From the NCBI GenBank assembly GCA_000146465.1, contig CP001946.1: a DNA stretch of 64,000 nucleotides; one strand, 5' to 3'. Of this stretch, positions 29,588 through 39,099 are shown one piece after another (position 1 is the first letter of the stretch; each line of letters opens with the position of its first letter). Made by a program: the position numbers and the translations under genes. The notes beneath the pieces were generated by a model that saw only the letters and a program-made list of their open reading frames with translations, did not search any database and was not told the origin of the DNA.

Positions 29588-29998
29588 ATGGAGATTAGAC
29601 TAAGCTCTTTCAAAAGAGAGCATTCTCTTCGAGAACTGTTGTCAAAGGATATGTCCGAGTATTGGGCAACAGACGATGTGTTGCCACACTCCATCCAGAT
29701 ATCTTTTGACAAGGTCCGATATGTCCAGTCCGTACAGCTGTTTCTGAGCTTCACACAGGACGACAGCTATACTCCCGAAAAGATAGAAGTCAGGTCGGGG
29801 TTGACCAGAGAGAGAATCAGACCAATAAGCTCTGTTGAACTTGTGGAGCCGGAGGGGCTGTTGACCCTGAATGTTGCGAGAAATTGTCTTTATGTCCAGA
29901 TTGTAATCAACTCGAACCATCAGGAGGGGAAGGATAGCCATGTCCGCCATTTGAAAGTTTTGGAGTCGTCGACAAAGGAGATTTACTACAAGATATAA
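29588..29998 (+). CDS. DOC1: anaphase-promoting complex subunit 10 (Doc1/APC10 domain)
   Basis: 'YWATDDVLPHSIQISF...SYTPEKIEV' ... 'EPEGLLTL' ... 'NHQEGKDSHVRHLKV' matches the DOC domain. Confidence 0.75.
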   Translation: MEIRLSSFKREHSLRELLSKDMSEYWATDDVLPHSIQISFDKVRYVQSVQLFLSFTQDDSYTPEKIEVRSGLTRERIRPISSVELVEPEGLLTLNVARNCLYVQIVINSNHQEGKDSHVRHLKVLESSTKEIYYKI

Positions 29999-30056
29999 AC
30001 TACTCTTGTACAAAAACCAAATAAACCTTTGTTCATAGGATTTGGCCATACAGCCA

Positions 30057-32918
30057 ATGAAAAGCGATATGCTTGGATATCCCATGTATTTCTATATACT
30101 AAACATTGAGCAGGTAAATGAAACAACGGTCATGCTTTATGGAAAGCAACTGGACGGTCTTCCTAAGGAGCCGCCTGTAGATGCATCTTTATGTAGTTCG
30201 ATATCTGGAAAGATCCGTGTGGAAAATATACATTCGCCAGTCTTCCTGAAGGCAGTCAAGGGTAAGGACGAGGAGTTGAAGAGAGATGTCGAGTTGTTCA
30301 TGAGATCCAAGGGAGTTGAGTGTGTGTTTGAGTCTACATCAAAAGAAAATGTGTTCTATAGTAATATGGATCGAAAGGTCGATTTAATCAAGGTCCTCCC
30401 CAAAAGAAACATTTCCTTTGACAACTTCTTTTCAGATTACTCAGAAGCGATCATAACAGAGTTTGGCAATCCAACAGAAAACATTGTTATATCAAGAAGG
30501 CTTAGAGGGCCTTGCATAGTTCGAATTGATGGACACTCCATGTCTTCTGCAAGGGAAACTGTTGTGAGGTCTCCCTCAATGATCCACTTTGTTTGCAATT
30601 CAAGTCTCCCTAAACTGGTCTTTGGCTCACTAGCAGTGAGATTTGACAAGACGGGAATTACCAAGTATTGCCTGTATGCACAAGGGACTTATCATTGCGG
30701 AGGAGTGAAACTTCCGGATTGCAAGGAGAATTTTGAAGGAAAGGGAGTTGAGTATACACACCATCAATCCTCGGATGCATTAGTGAAGGATCTCAATAAT
30801 TTGATGTCTAGCAAAGGCATTGATTGTATAGTCTATCACAATCTCCCTTCTCTGGTTCTCAAGAAGCTGGATATATCTGGAATGGTGAGATGTGATTTAT
30901 TTGTCTTTGCGAGCGGAAGCATAAAAGGATGTGATTTTTCCATTGGGGAACTACTTGGAACACTGAATCTGGAGGTTCCTGGGGAGCTGAAGGAAATCCA
31001 AGAACACACAGATGGCCAGCCCAAAAACTTATTCAAGACACTTGCTTTAGAATCCAAAGCAATACTGGAGATATTTGAGGCCACCGAAGCATTGCATCTA
31101 TCAAAGGAAATGTGTGAGATTTCAGGATATATTCTAAACAGAACTCTGCAGAACCTACGTGCTGAGAGAATTGAATATACTCTCCTTCATGAGTTATACA
31201 ACCGAGGATATCTATTTCCCTCATCTGTAAGTCGTCGAGAGGTGAAGTATACAGGAGGGCTGGTTTTATCTCCTCAAGCAGGGTTCTATGAGGATCTCGT
31301 CCTTCTCCTGGATTTCAACTCCTTGTATCCGTCGATTATCCAGGAGTTCAATGTATGCTTCTCGACGATAGGGATGTTTGATAAAAGCGTCTCGGGGGAT
31401 ATGAGTCCTGAGAAACTGGCAGTTCTGACCGAGAAGAGCAGAATGTCGGAAAGAGGGTTTCTCCCAAAGATTCTTGAAGGATTTGTTGGAAGAAGGAAGG
31501 CAATCAAGGACCTGATGAAGCAGAGCAGGACGCCAGAGGAAGCAAAGGCTCTAGACATAAGACAGAAGGCATTGAAGTTGACGGCCAACAGTATATATGG
31601 ATGTCTTGGGTTTACAGGATCAAGGTTTTGTAACTACACGATGGCAGCATATATAACCAACAAGGGGCGGGACCTTCTTCTGGAGGCGAAAAGAATTGCT
31701 GAGGAAGAGTGTGGGATGAGGATTATTTATGGAGATACCGACTCTGTGATGGTTTACACTGGTCTTTGTGGAGAGAAGTCCAACTACAAAAGAGCACTGG
31801 AAATGTCAAGAAAGCTGAGAGACACAATCAATTCAAAGCATCAGAAGATAGAGATTGAGGTGGACAAGGTTTTCAAAAAGCTTTTGCTATACAAGAAGAA
31901 GAAGTATGGAGGGCTCTACATGGATGAAGATGGGAAGACCTATGTGGAGTACAAGGGATTGGATCTTGTCAGAAAAGACTTTTGTGAGGTCAGTAGGAAG
32001 ATATGCAAAATTGTATTAGAGCTGTTACTTGCAGACAGTGAAGATCCTATGGTCTACGAAAGGTTTTATAAGGATAAGGGAGAGGCAAAGACCATCTTAA
32101 ACAATGGAAACACCAAGATCATCGAGGCGGTTTATGACGAGCTAAAGAATCTAAGCAGCAATCTTGAGAGCATTCCTTCAAAGGAGTTTGTCATTCATAA
32201 CACCCTGTCGAAGGCGCCGGAAAGCTACGATCCCTCGGTGGGGCTTCCGCATGTTTCTTTAGCCTTGAGGTTGAAGGAGTCGGGAATGAAGTTTGATCAG
32301 GGAGATGTTGTTTGCTATGTCATAGGAAAGGGAGATTTGAGGGAGGCTGTCCATAAGAGAGCATACCATTTGAGCGAGAGCTTTACCATTGACTATGGAT
32401 ATTATGTGTCTAACCAGATCCTCCCGCCTTTGCTCAGAATTGTGGGTGTGGTTAAGGGCTTTCACCCGGAGAAAATAGGAAAGATCTTTGGAGTCGAAAA
32501 GGCAGTGAAGCAGGGGGTGGAAAAGTCCATATCATTCTTAACACCTTGTTGTGAAATTGCTCAAGGAGCATCTTCGAAGTGTAGAGAATGCGGGAAGCCT
32601 GTTTCCAGGGAATTCTATGTATGGAAAGTTATGGAGATGGTTAGAAAAGAGGTTGAGTGCTTGTATAGTGCTGAGTCAAGATGTCTTGAGTGCGGGATAT
32701 CCTCTTATACTCATATGAAGAGATGCTTCAACTGCAACTCAGAACTATCCTTTGAGCCCCTAAACTATGACTTCGATCGCCTCTTGAGTAAGGTGCAGTC
32801 TATGTTTACAGGATGGGTTGAGATAGAAGATATTACAAAAAAATATGCAGCTGCTTCGGAGTATAGGCGAATCGACCTGTCTAAGTATTTTGAAAAAGAG
32901 ATTGGTAGAAATCATTAG
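30057..32918 (+). CDS. POL1: DNA polymerase alpha catalytic subunit (family B), shortened
   Basis: Motif A 'DFNSLYPSIIQEFNVCFST', motif B 'KLTANSIYGCLG', motif C 'YGDTDSVMV'. Two C-terminal Cys clusters 'CRECGKP' and 'CLECG...CFNCN'. The track start is TTG; the first ATG is at 30057. Confidence 0.85.
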   Translation: MKSDMLGYPMYFYILNIEQVNETTVMLYGKQLDGLPKEPPVDASLCSSISGKIRVENIHSPVFLKAVKGKDEELKRDVELFMRSKGVECVFESTSKENVFYSNMDRKVDLIKVLPKRNISFDNFFSDYSEAIITEFGNPTENIVISRRLRGPCIVRIDGHSMSSARETVVRSPSMIHFVCNSSLPKLVFGSLAVRFDKTGITKYCLYAQGTYHCGGVKLPDCKENFEGKGVEYTHHQSSDALVKDLNNLMSSKGIDCIVYHNLPSLVLKKLDISGMVRCDLFVFASGSIKGCDFSIGELLGTLNLEVPGELKEIQEHTDGQPKNLFKTLALESKAILEIFEATEALHLSKEMCEISGYILNRTLQNLRAERIEYTLLHELYNRGYLFPSSVSRREVKYTGGLVLSPQAGFYEDLVLLLDFNSLYPSIIQEFNVCFSTIGMFDKSVSGDMSPEKLAVLTEKSRMSERGFLPKILEGFVGRRKAIKDLMKQSRTPEEAKALDIRQKALKLTANSIYGCLGFTGSRFCNYTMAAYITNKGRDLLLEAKRIAEEECGMRIIYGDTDSVMVYTGLCGEKSNYKRALEMSRKLRDTINSKHQKIEIEVDKVFKKLLLYKKKKYGGLYMDEDGKTYVEYKGLDLVRKDFCEVSRKICKIVLELLLADSEDPMVYERFYKDKGEAKTILNNGNTKIIEAVYDELKNLSSNLESIPSKEFVIHNTLSKAPESYDPSVGLPHVSLALRLKESGMKFDQGDVVCYVIGKGDLREAVHKRAYHLSESFTIDYGYYVSNQILPPLLRIVGVVKGFHPEKIGKIFGVEKAVKQGVEKSISFLTPCCEIAQGASSKCRECGKPVSREFYVWKVMEMVRKEVECLYSAESRCLECGISSYTHMKRCFNCNSELSFEPLNYDFDRLLSKVQSMFTGWVEIEDITKKYAAASEYRRIDLSKYFEKEIGRNH

Positions 32919-33002
32919 CATGCCGAAGATACCCAATGTGATGGAGTAATGATGAAGCCAATTGGATGTATAGGGTTTAAAATAAGATGGGGGATATGAA
33001 GT

Positions 33003-33626
33003 ATGGATGGAGTATGGGGAAGTATTAAAAGGAAATTGAAGGACATGTATGACAGGATATTTGTTGTTCGAATGAGAGTTGCAGTGATTGGGCCAGAGAA
33101 AAGCGGAAAATCTTCAATTGTGATGAAGATGTTTGGAGACGGATTGAGATATCAAGGAAAGCAGAATGATGCAGAGGTGTATAAGTACGACGAAGATTAC
33201 ATGAGCTACGTAGTATATGATTTGAAAGGAAAAAAAAACACCCGAAGGAAATGGGACTATTTTCATGGGATGTGCGATGTAATATTGTATTGTGTGGATT
33301 CTTCTGGGGATGAAGAGGAGTGGGGAGAAGCAAGAGAAAAGCTGAAGTCAATGGTGTATCGAAACTTACGATCAAAAAAAAACATCTTGGTTCTTGGGAC
33401 AAAGAATGAGAGGGGAAATGCATTGGAATGCATAGAGATTGTTCTGAAGCTTGATCTTTTAGACATAGAAGGGAGAGAAGTTGCCTGTTTTTCGGTTTCT
33501 GCAGAAAAGAATGTTAATGTGGAATGCATAAAGACGTGGCTGAGAGGGCAGAGTTCTTTTGTGAGATCCAGATGGGGATCAAGAGTTGTGAGAAGCTGGT
33601 GGAAAGCGGGTTTTGTAGAAAATTAG
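33003..33626 (+). CDS. Sar1/Arf-family small GTPase, divergent
   Basis: P-loop 'GPEKSGKSS'. Switch II reads 'DLKGKKNTRRKW' where Sar1 has 'DLGGHxxARRxW'. 'ILVLGTKNE' stands in for the NKxD box. Confidence 0.6.
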   Translation: MDGVWGSIKRKLKDMYDRIFVVRMRVAVIGPEKSGKSSIVMKMFGDGLRYQGKQNDAEVYKYDEDYMSYVVYDLKGKKNTRRKWDYFHGMCDVILYCVDSSGDEEEWGEAREKLKSMVYRNLRSKKNILVLGTKNERGNALECIEIVLKLDLLDIEGREVACFSVSAEKNVNVECIKTWLRGQSSFVRSRWGSRVVRSWWKAGFVEN

Positions 33627-33683
33627 CATGATTTGGGCTTCTAGAAGCATTTGGTAGATAAATTTTGGGAGGATTAGCCCTGG

Positions 33684-34700
33684 ATGGAAGTGCACCGGGA
33701 CTCCTCGGGTTCAGAAGAAGAGGCTACCGAGTTTTCAAGCAACGATTATGAGGTTTATGAGCCACAAGCCGACGATGAGAATCTTGAGGTTTCTGAGGAA
33801 GCATACAATGTTATGGAATACATTTCCCTTGACTGGCCGGCACAAAGCATTGACATCTTGAGGGGATTTACAGTTGTGCTTGGAACAAACCCGTCTGAGG
33901 GAGGTACACCTGGAATGGTGAGCATTGATCTGTTCCCAACCAATGGAATGAAAGCTCCGGAGAAGATGAGGATTTCCAAAAGAAAAGTAAAGGAATCATA
34001 TAACAAAGTCCGGGTGAACGGAGAGATGGTGTACTGCCTATCGGATGACAAGCTTGTAGTCCACAACTCGAAATTCGACGAAGTCTATAGAAGAGATATT
34101 GGGCAAGGGCTTGGATACGGGCTCTGTTTTGGGAATTCCGGATGTGTTTTTGGAACGAAGGAGGGGGAGATATCCATTAACGATTGGAAATTCAATGAGG
34201 TTGGGACGATGAAGATCCATGAGGGTTCTATTGAGAGTCTTTGCTACCATGGGGGCATGGTTTTTTCTGGATCATGCGACCATAGTGTCAAAATCACAGA
34301 CATTCGGAGTGGGAGCAATATCTTCCAGAAGAAGTTTGAGGTTGATATCAATGCCGTGGACTTTAACGGGGACTATCTCCTTGCTTTTGGGGACGACAGT
34401 GGGATGATCCGACTGATGGATATCAGGAACCATATGATTGAAGAGGTTCAAAGGCATAAGACACCTATCAGCTGCCTGAAGTGGAGAGATTCCGATATTC
34501 TTGTCTCAGGAAGTGATGAACAAGTATGCATATGGGATGTGTCTCTTGATGCAAGCGAGGAGGGAGGATATCTTCTATTTGTTCATCAAGGACAGAGGTT
34601 TTACAAGGACATTACGTTTTGCCGAGGGGATAACAATTACGTTGTTACAACATCGATAGACGGGCTTTGTGTCTTCTATCCGATTTCTTTTGATACTTAA
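33684..34700 (+). CDS. RRB1: glutamate-rich WD-repeat protein (Rrb1/GRWD1-like)
   Basis: Acidic N-terminus with 'EEAYNVMEYISLDWP', then WD blades. 'agCCCtggATG' context. Confidence 0.6.
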   Translation: MEVHRDSSGSEEEATEFSSNDYEVYEPQADDENLEVSEEAYNVMEYISLDWPAQSIDILRGFTVVLGTNPSEGGTPGMVSIDLFPTNGMKAPEKMRISKRKVKESYNKVRVNGEMVYCLSDDKLVVHNSKFDEVYRRDIGQGLGYGLCFGNSGCVFGTKEGEISINDWKFNEVGTMKIHEGSIESLCYHGGMVFSGSCDHSVKITDIRSGSNIFQKKFEVDINAVDFNGDYLLAFGDDSGMIRLMDIRNHMIEEVQRHKTPISCLKWRDSDILVSGSDEQVCIWDVSLDASEEGGYLLFVHQGQRFYKDITFCRGDNNYVVTTSIDGLCVFYPISFDT

Positions 34701-34801
34701 AGAATAAAGCTTTAATCCATAATGACAGTCTGATTTAACACTCTAGCGGGACAGACACATCTCTTTAAAAGTAAAATTTTCTCTTTGGCAATGGCCCTAT
34801 A

Positions 34802-35875
34802 ATGACTGGGAGCTCTGGGCACCTCGGCAAGGAGACAAAAGAAGATGAAGAGAAGGCCTGGGATTTTCTTTTGACGGATATGGATAAGATGATTGTAAAG
34901 ACAAATCATTACACACCACTTGGATGTGGAAGCATGCCCTTAAACAGGAAGATTGACGAGTACATTAAGTATGGGATAATCAATTTGGACAAGTCGTCCA
35001 ACCCAAGTTCGCACGAGGTTGTGACATGGGTAAAAGAGATTCTGAAGTGTGAGAAGACGGGGCATAGCGGAACACTGGACCCCCAAGTGAGTGGAGTTCT
35101 GACGGTCTGTATTGATCGAGCAACCCGCCTGACAAAAAGCCAGCAATCCCTAGGAAAAGAGTATGTGTGTGTGATTGAGTTTCTAGAGGAACCAAGTGAA
35201 GAAGGATTTCGTAAAGCAGCCGAAAGGCTTGTAGGGTCTTTGTTCCAAAGGCCTCCTTTGATGTGTGCAGTCAAAAGAGAACTAAGGATAAGGAACATCT
35301 ACAGTATCGACATTCTCGAGTTTAACAAAGAGAGAAGGCTTGGTCTCTTCAGGGTGTCGTGCGAAGCTGGGACTTACGTCCGAACCCTCTGCATGCATAT
35401 GGGGATACTAATGGGGTGTGGAGCCGTGATGAAAGGACTTCGAAGAACAAGAAGCGGGAGAATCTCTGAAAAAGATATCTTTACACTGCATGACCTACTT
35501 GATGGAGTACACATATTCAATTCCACAAAAGACGAAAGGGTGATCAGAAGGGTGATACGGCCTTTGGAAAGCCTTCTTGTGGGATATCCAAGGATCATGA
35601 TAAAAGACAGCTGTGTTAACGCCATATGTTATGGAGCAAAGTTGAGTATTACAGGAGTCCTCAGGTTTGACAGAAACATCGATGTTGGAATGGACATTGT
35701 GATTGTTACAACGAAGGGAGAAGCTGTTGCTCTTGGAATTGCTCTTGTCAGCAGCCCCGAGATGAGCATCATCGACCATGGGCTTGTATGCAGAACCAAA
35801 AGAGTTATTATGGAAAAAGATCTATATCCGAGGAGTTGGGGGTTTAAGAGCGAATATGAGATACTTAGTGAATAG
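34802..35875 (+). CDS. CBF5: H/ACA snoRNP pseudouridine synthase Cbf5/dyskerin
   Basis: 'INLDKSSNPSSHEVVTWVKEIL..EKTGHSGTLDPQVSGVLTVCIDRATRL' (TruB catalytic Asp), followed by a PUA domain. Confidence 0.9.
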   Translation: MTGSSGHLGKETKEDEEKAWDFLLTDMDKMIVKTNHYTPLGCGSMPLNRKIDEYIKYGIINLDKSSNPSSHEVVTWVKEILKCEKTGHSGTLDPQVSGVLTVCIDRATRLTKSQQSLGKEYVCVIEFLEEPSEEGFRKAAERLVGSLFQRPPLMCAVKRELRIRNIYSIDILEFNKERRLGLFRVSCEAGTYVRTLCMHMGILMGCGAVMKGLRRTRSGRISEKDIFTLHDLLDGVHIFNSTKDERVIRRVIRPLESLLVGYPRIMIKDSCVNAICYGAKLSITGVLRFDRNIDVGMDIVIVTTKGEAVALGIALVSSPEMSIIDHGLVCRTKRVIMEKDLYPRSWGFKSEYEILSE

Positions 35876-35940
35876 ATGTCCTTGGGAAGAAAATCCCTTT
35901 TTTATTAGTCTGTAAGGCAGCTATTTCGGAGGATTTGACG

Positions 35941-35959
35941 GTTAAAAATTTACCCTTTA
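35941..35959 (+). promoter_or_regulatory. AAATTT-like plus CCC start-proximal motif upstream of PCNA
   Basis: 'gttaaaaatttaccctttaATG'. The same arrangement recurs at many genes in the window. Confidence 0.4.
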
Positions 35960-36760
35960 ATGCTTGAGCTGGAATTGGCAGCAAAAGAAAAAAGCAATGG
36001 GGGAGCAGCATCTGAGGTTTTGACACTGATGAAAAGGATGTTGGAAAGTCTGAATGAGATTGTAGAAACGGCAGATATAAAGGCTACAGAAAAAGGCCTT
36101 TCGATTCAGGTGATGGATGTGACGCATGTGGCCTTTGCAGATATTTTCTTGTCATCAACGATGTTTACGAAGTACCGGTGCGACAGGGATCTGGTGATTG
36201 GAGTCCAGCTCAAGACCTTTACGAAGATAATAAGAGGAATGAGTGTTGAAGGAGGGGGAATATTCAAGATGGAATGTGATGATGCCATCACCAACCTGAA
36301 TGTTAAGAACATCCGAGAAGGGAATGTTCTCAGCTTCAAGCTGAAGTTGTTTTCCTCTGATTCTGAGGTCTATAATATTCCTGACTTCGAATTTGATGTA
36401 TCTGCATCCATACCGGCAGATGAGTTTATGTACGTTCCTAGGCTTGTGGGTACATTTGGAGATGTTGTTGGGGTTCAGGCAGAGGGAAAGACTCTGATGT
36501 TCTTTCAGACCGGAGAACATGCGGATGCATCTATGAGCTTTGAAGAGTCACCGGGAAGGGAGGGGATAAAGATTGAGGCAAAAGAGCTCATAACCCAAGA
36601 GATTGCTATGAAATACGTTAACCTTATTAGCAAGGTTGTACCTCTTTATAAGGATGTGAAAATCTCTTTGGGAGTAGGAAAGCCTGTGTTTTTTGGGCTT
36701 TACCTGGACGGCACAGCCCATATGAAGCTCTATGTGGCACCCAAGTTCGAAAATGAATGA
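35960..36760 (+). CDS. PCNA: proliferating cell nuclear antigen
   Basis: 'YRCDRDLVIGVQL', 'LAPKFENE' C-terminus, and overall collinearity with PCNA. Confidence 0.9.
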   Translation: MLELELAAKEKSNGGAASEVLTLMKRMLESLNEIVETADIKATEKGLSIQVMDVTHVAFADIFLSSTMFTKYRCDRDLVIGVQLKTFTKIIRGMSVEGGGIFKMECDDAITNLNVKNIREGNVLSFKLKLFSSDSEVYNIPDFEFDVSASIPADEFMYVPRLVGTFGDVVGVQAEGKTLMFFQTGEHADASMSFEESPGREGIKIEAKELITQEIAMKYVNLISKVVPLYKDVKISLGVGKPVFFGLYLDGTAHMKLYVAPKFENE

Positions 36761-36841
36761 CCATTAAAAACAAACTATTCCAGTCTATAACTGTTCCATG
36801 GTATGAAATAAACATCTTTAGACCTTCGTTTTATTTCCCAG

Positions 36842-37573
36842 TTAGTCCCTATAGTAGTTTATGTAAATTATTGAAAGCAGCTTCTGATATAACTCTTCTC
36901 TACTTTTGAGCTTTTCCTCGGCCTTCTTGACCTCCGAAGCCATGTAGTTCCATTTGTCCCTCAGAACCCTCCACTCCACAGGGTTAGTGACCTCAAGGAC
37001 ATCAAGTAAATCAATCTTTTTTTTCTTGTTGAACGTCATATCCAACCAGAAACATACCATGTCCACTAGAACATGTATGTTAAGAACACTTGCTCTGTCT
37101 GGGTTCTCAACATAGTCATGATAGAAGAATGACACCTTTTGTAGATTAATGTAGTTTACGTCACTGTATACTTGGAATATCCCTCTAGGCCTGTATGGGT
37201 TACGCCCGGGGCCCTCAAAGATCCTTAAATAGGATGTATTATGAAGCACAGTAGCCGTCACGGCCGCTAATTCGTATTGCCTCGTGCTACAAAACTCATA
37301 AAGGAAGTTTAAAACCATTACAATGTATTCGCTTCTTTCTTTGGTTATTTGCATTCCTATCCTCTTGTATGCTGGAACACACATTCCAAAATACACCCTA
37401 TGAAGATATTCGCCTTGGGAAATCATCTTATTTTCATCACTCGGAGGATTCAGCTCTTTAAGCGGATTAACATAGTTCTCGTTTATATACACGTCGTATA
37501 AATGAGAGATGTACTTCGCATGTAATCCCCGAACTGCAAATACAAGAACACCTAGAAGCGGTAGTCTTTGCAT
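36842..37573 (-). CDS. secreted GH19 chitinase/lysozyme-like protein (candidate)
   Basis: N-terminal signal peptide. 'ELAAVTATVLHNTSY' aligns with GH19 'EIAAFLAQTSHETTGG', 'YRPRGIFQVYSDVNY' with 'YYGRGPIQLSWNYNY', and 'MVCFWLDMT' with 'ALWFWMT'. Confidence 0.45.
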   Translation of the reverse strand: MQRLPLLGVLVFAVRGLHAKYISHLYDVYINENYVNPLKELNPPSDENKMISQGEYLHRVYFGMCVPAYKRIGMQITKERSEYIVMVLNFLYEFCSTRQYELAAVTATVLHNTSYLRIFEGPGRNPYRPRGIFQVYSDVNYINLQKVSFFYHDYVENPDRASVLNIHVLVDMVCFWLDMTFNKKKKIDLLDVLEVTNPVEWRVLRDKWNYMASEVKKAEEKLKSREELYQKLLSIIYINYYRD

Positions 37574-37812
37574 AGGTGGCGATTTTAAGGTTTCTTAAAT
37601 ACTTTTCTAGAAATATTTAATACAATCGCAAATTTTCGACGTTAATTATCATTTCCAAGTGATACTCCGCGTGGAATTAATATACCTGAAAGTAATACTG
37701 GAATTTAATTTCAATCACTCTGTGATGTTTTAATTAACAGCACAAAGGATTTCTCTCAATCTTCTGGACTCACGTCAATCCTCGGGTTTGTGCAGCTAGG
37801 GCCTCTACATTG
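37574..37812. promoter_or_regulatory. long AT-rich divergent intergenic region
   Basis: 239 bp between head-to-head ATGs, against a 50-100 bp norm in this window. Contains the palindrome TTAATTAA and 'gggcctctacattgATG'. Confidence 0.4.
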
Positions 37813-39069
37813 ATGCAGACACATTATACATTAGAGCTTGCGTCGGAAAGCCTTATGGAAAGCGAGGATAACATGAAGGAATATACAATGATTTCGGGAA
37901 TGGTTAAGAACAGATACTACACAATTTATGGAGTGATAGTAGATTGGCTGGAGTGGAAAAGATGCCGAGGAGGAGATTACATGATGACCTTGGATCTGAT
38001 TGATGAATGTATGAAAAAATTATCTGTTAAGATTTTCAGTCCAAAGAAAATATTCTCTAAAGGATTCTGTGTTGGAGAGGTTGTAAAGATAAGGAACCTA
38101 AGGATTTACGATGCATGCAGGGCGGTGACTGATCGTAGCAATGACATTGAGGTGATATTCACGCCATACGAATCTCCCAGCGATGTTATTGCTCCTTTTC
38201 CAAAGCGGCTTATGGAGTTTTTTAATCAGAACAGGGAAATTTTTGTGAAAGAAAGGAAAATATCTGAAATAGAGGAGGGAAGGTATTTTGATTTCAACGG
38301 AGAGTTGATAGACAAACAGAAGGAAAGATGCAACTTAATTCTCCTTAGATTTGTAGATTATAGCAGAAACAAGCGGGTTCAGGGCCAAGACACCACCGAG
38401 AACTATCCAAAGGACATGGTTCTGATTGTGAAAGCATGGGGATGCTTTGCCATGGAAGCCGAGAAGTGCGAAATTGGGGGATGGTATAGACTTAGGAATC
38501 TGAAGGCAGACGAAGTGGGATATCGTTTGTATGCAAGTCTGTCTGAGTCAAGCAAGGGGAGCATTTCCAACATAGGAAGAGACACGACTCTCGGGAAGTA
38601 CTTCCAAACAAAAAAGGACAAGTACATGGAAGGTTTTGCACTCCGGCAAGGAGGAATGAAGGTTCCGGATGGAATTGCAAGATACAGACTGACTGAAATT
38701 AAGGACATACTTTTGCCAGGTGTGTACCGGATTAGGGTTTGTATAAAAAGATATATGCCATCTGGAGGAATGGAAGTGTTTTTCTGCAAAACCTGTGGAT
38801 CGGAAGACAGAGGAGTAGATGGAGATTGCAAATGTAGTATTCCCGAGATAAAGAAAATCAAGGTAGTAAAATTGCTGCTCTGGGATGGGAAACAGGAGAT
38901 AATAGCTGTATGCCGAAACAAGCTTGTAGAACATATATTTATCAAGGAAAACGATGGATATCTAAGCAGAAGAATGTTTGATTGCATGATTCTGAACGTT
39001 AGGGGTGTGGAGGGAATGGTCTACCATCTTATTGATCTTGGCTTTTTTGAAGTCGAAAAGGAAGGTTGA
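37813..39069 (+). CDS. OB-fold protein, POT1-like telomere end-binding candidate (alternative: RPA-like)
   Basis: N-terminal 'YYTIYGVIVDWLEW..GGDYMMTLDLIDE...KLSVKIFSPKK...GEVVKIRNLRIY' has the POT1 OB1 pattern. C-terminal 'VYRIRVCIKRYMP...FFCKTCGSEDRGVDGDCKCS' resembles the POT1 C-terminal zinc region. The track start is TTG; the ATG is the next codon. Confidence 0.45.
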   Translation: MQTHYTLELASESLMESEDNMKEYTMISGMVKNRYYTIYGVIVDWLEWKRCRGGDYMMTLDLIDECMKKLSVKIFSPKKIFSKGFCVGEVVKIRNLRIYDACRAVTDRSNDIEVIFTPYESPSDVIAPFPKRLMEFFNQNREIFVKERKISEIEEGRYFDFNGELIDKQKERCNLILLRFVDYSRNKRVQGQDTTENYPKDMVLIVKAWGCFAMEAEKCEIGGWYRLRNLKADEVGYRLYASLSESSKGSISNIGRDTTLGKYFQTKKDKYMEGFALRQGGMKVPDGIARYRLTEIKDILLPGVYRIRVCIKRYMPSGGMEVFFCKTCGSEDRGVDGDCKCSIPEIKKIKVVKLLLWDGKQEIIAVCRNKLVEHIFIKENDGYLSRRMFDCMILNVRGVEGMVYHLIDLGFFEVEKEG

Positions 39070-39099
39070 GAAGGGAGCCCATTTGTAGACCAAAATCAT

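Noticed and set aside
29642-30085. 147-aa minus-strand ORF antisense to APC10/Doc1
   Set aside because: It overlaps a gene with a clear DOC-domain signature. I saw no independent support for it.
38403-38987. 194-aa minus-strand ORF inside the POT1-like gene
   Set aside because: Antisense and low-complexity, with no recognisable domains.
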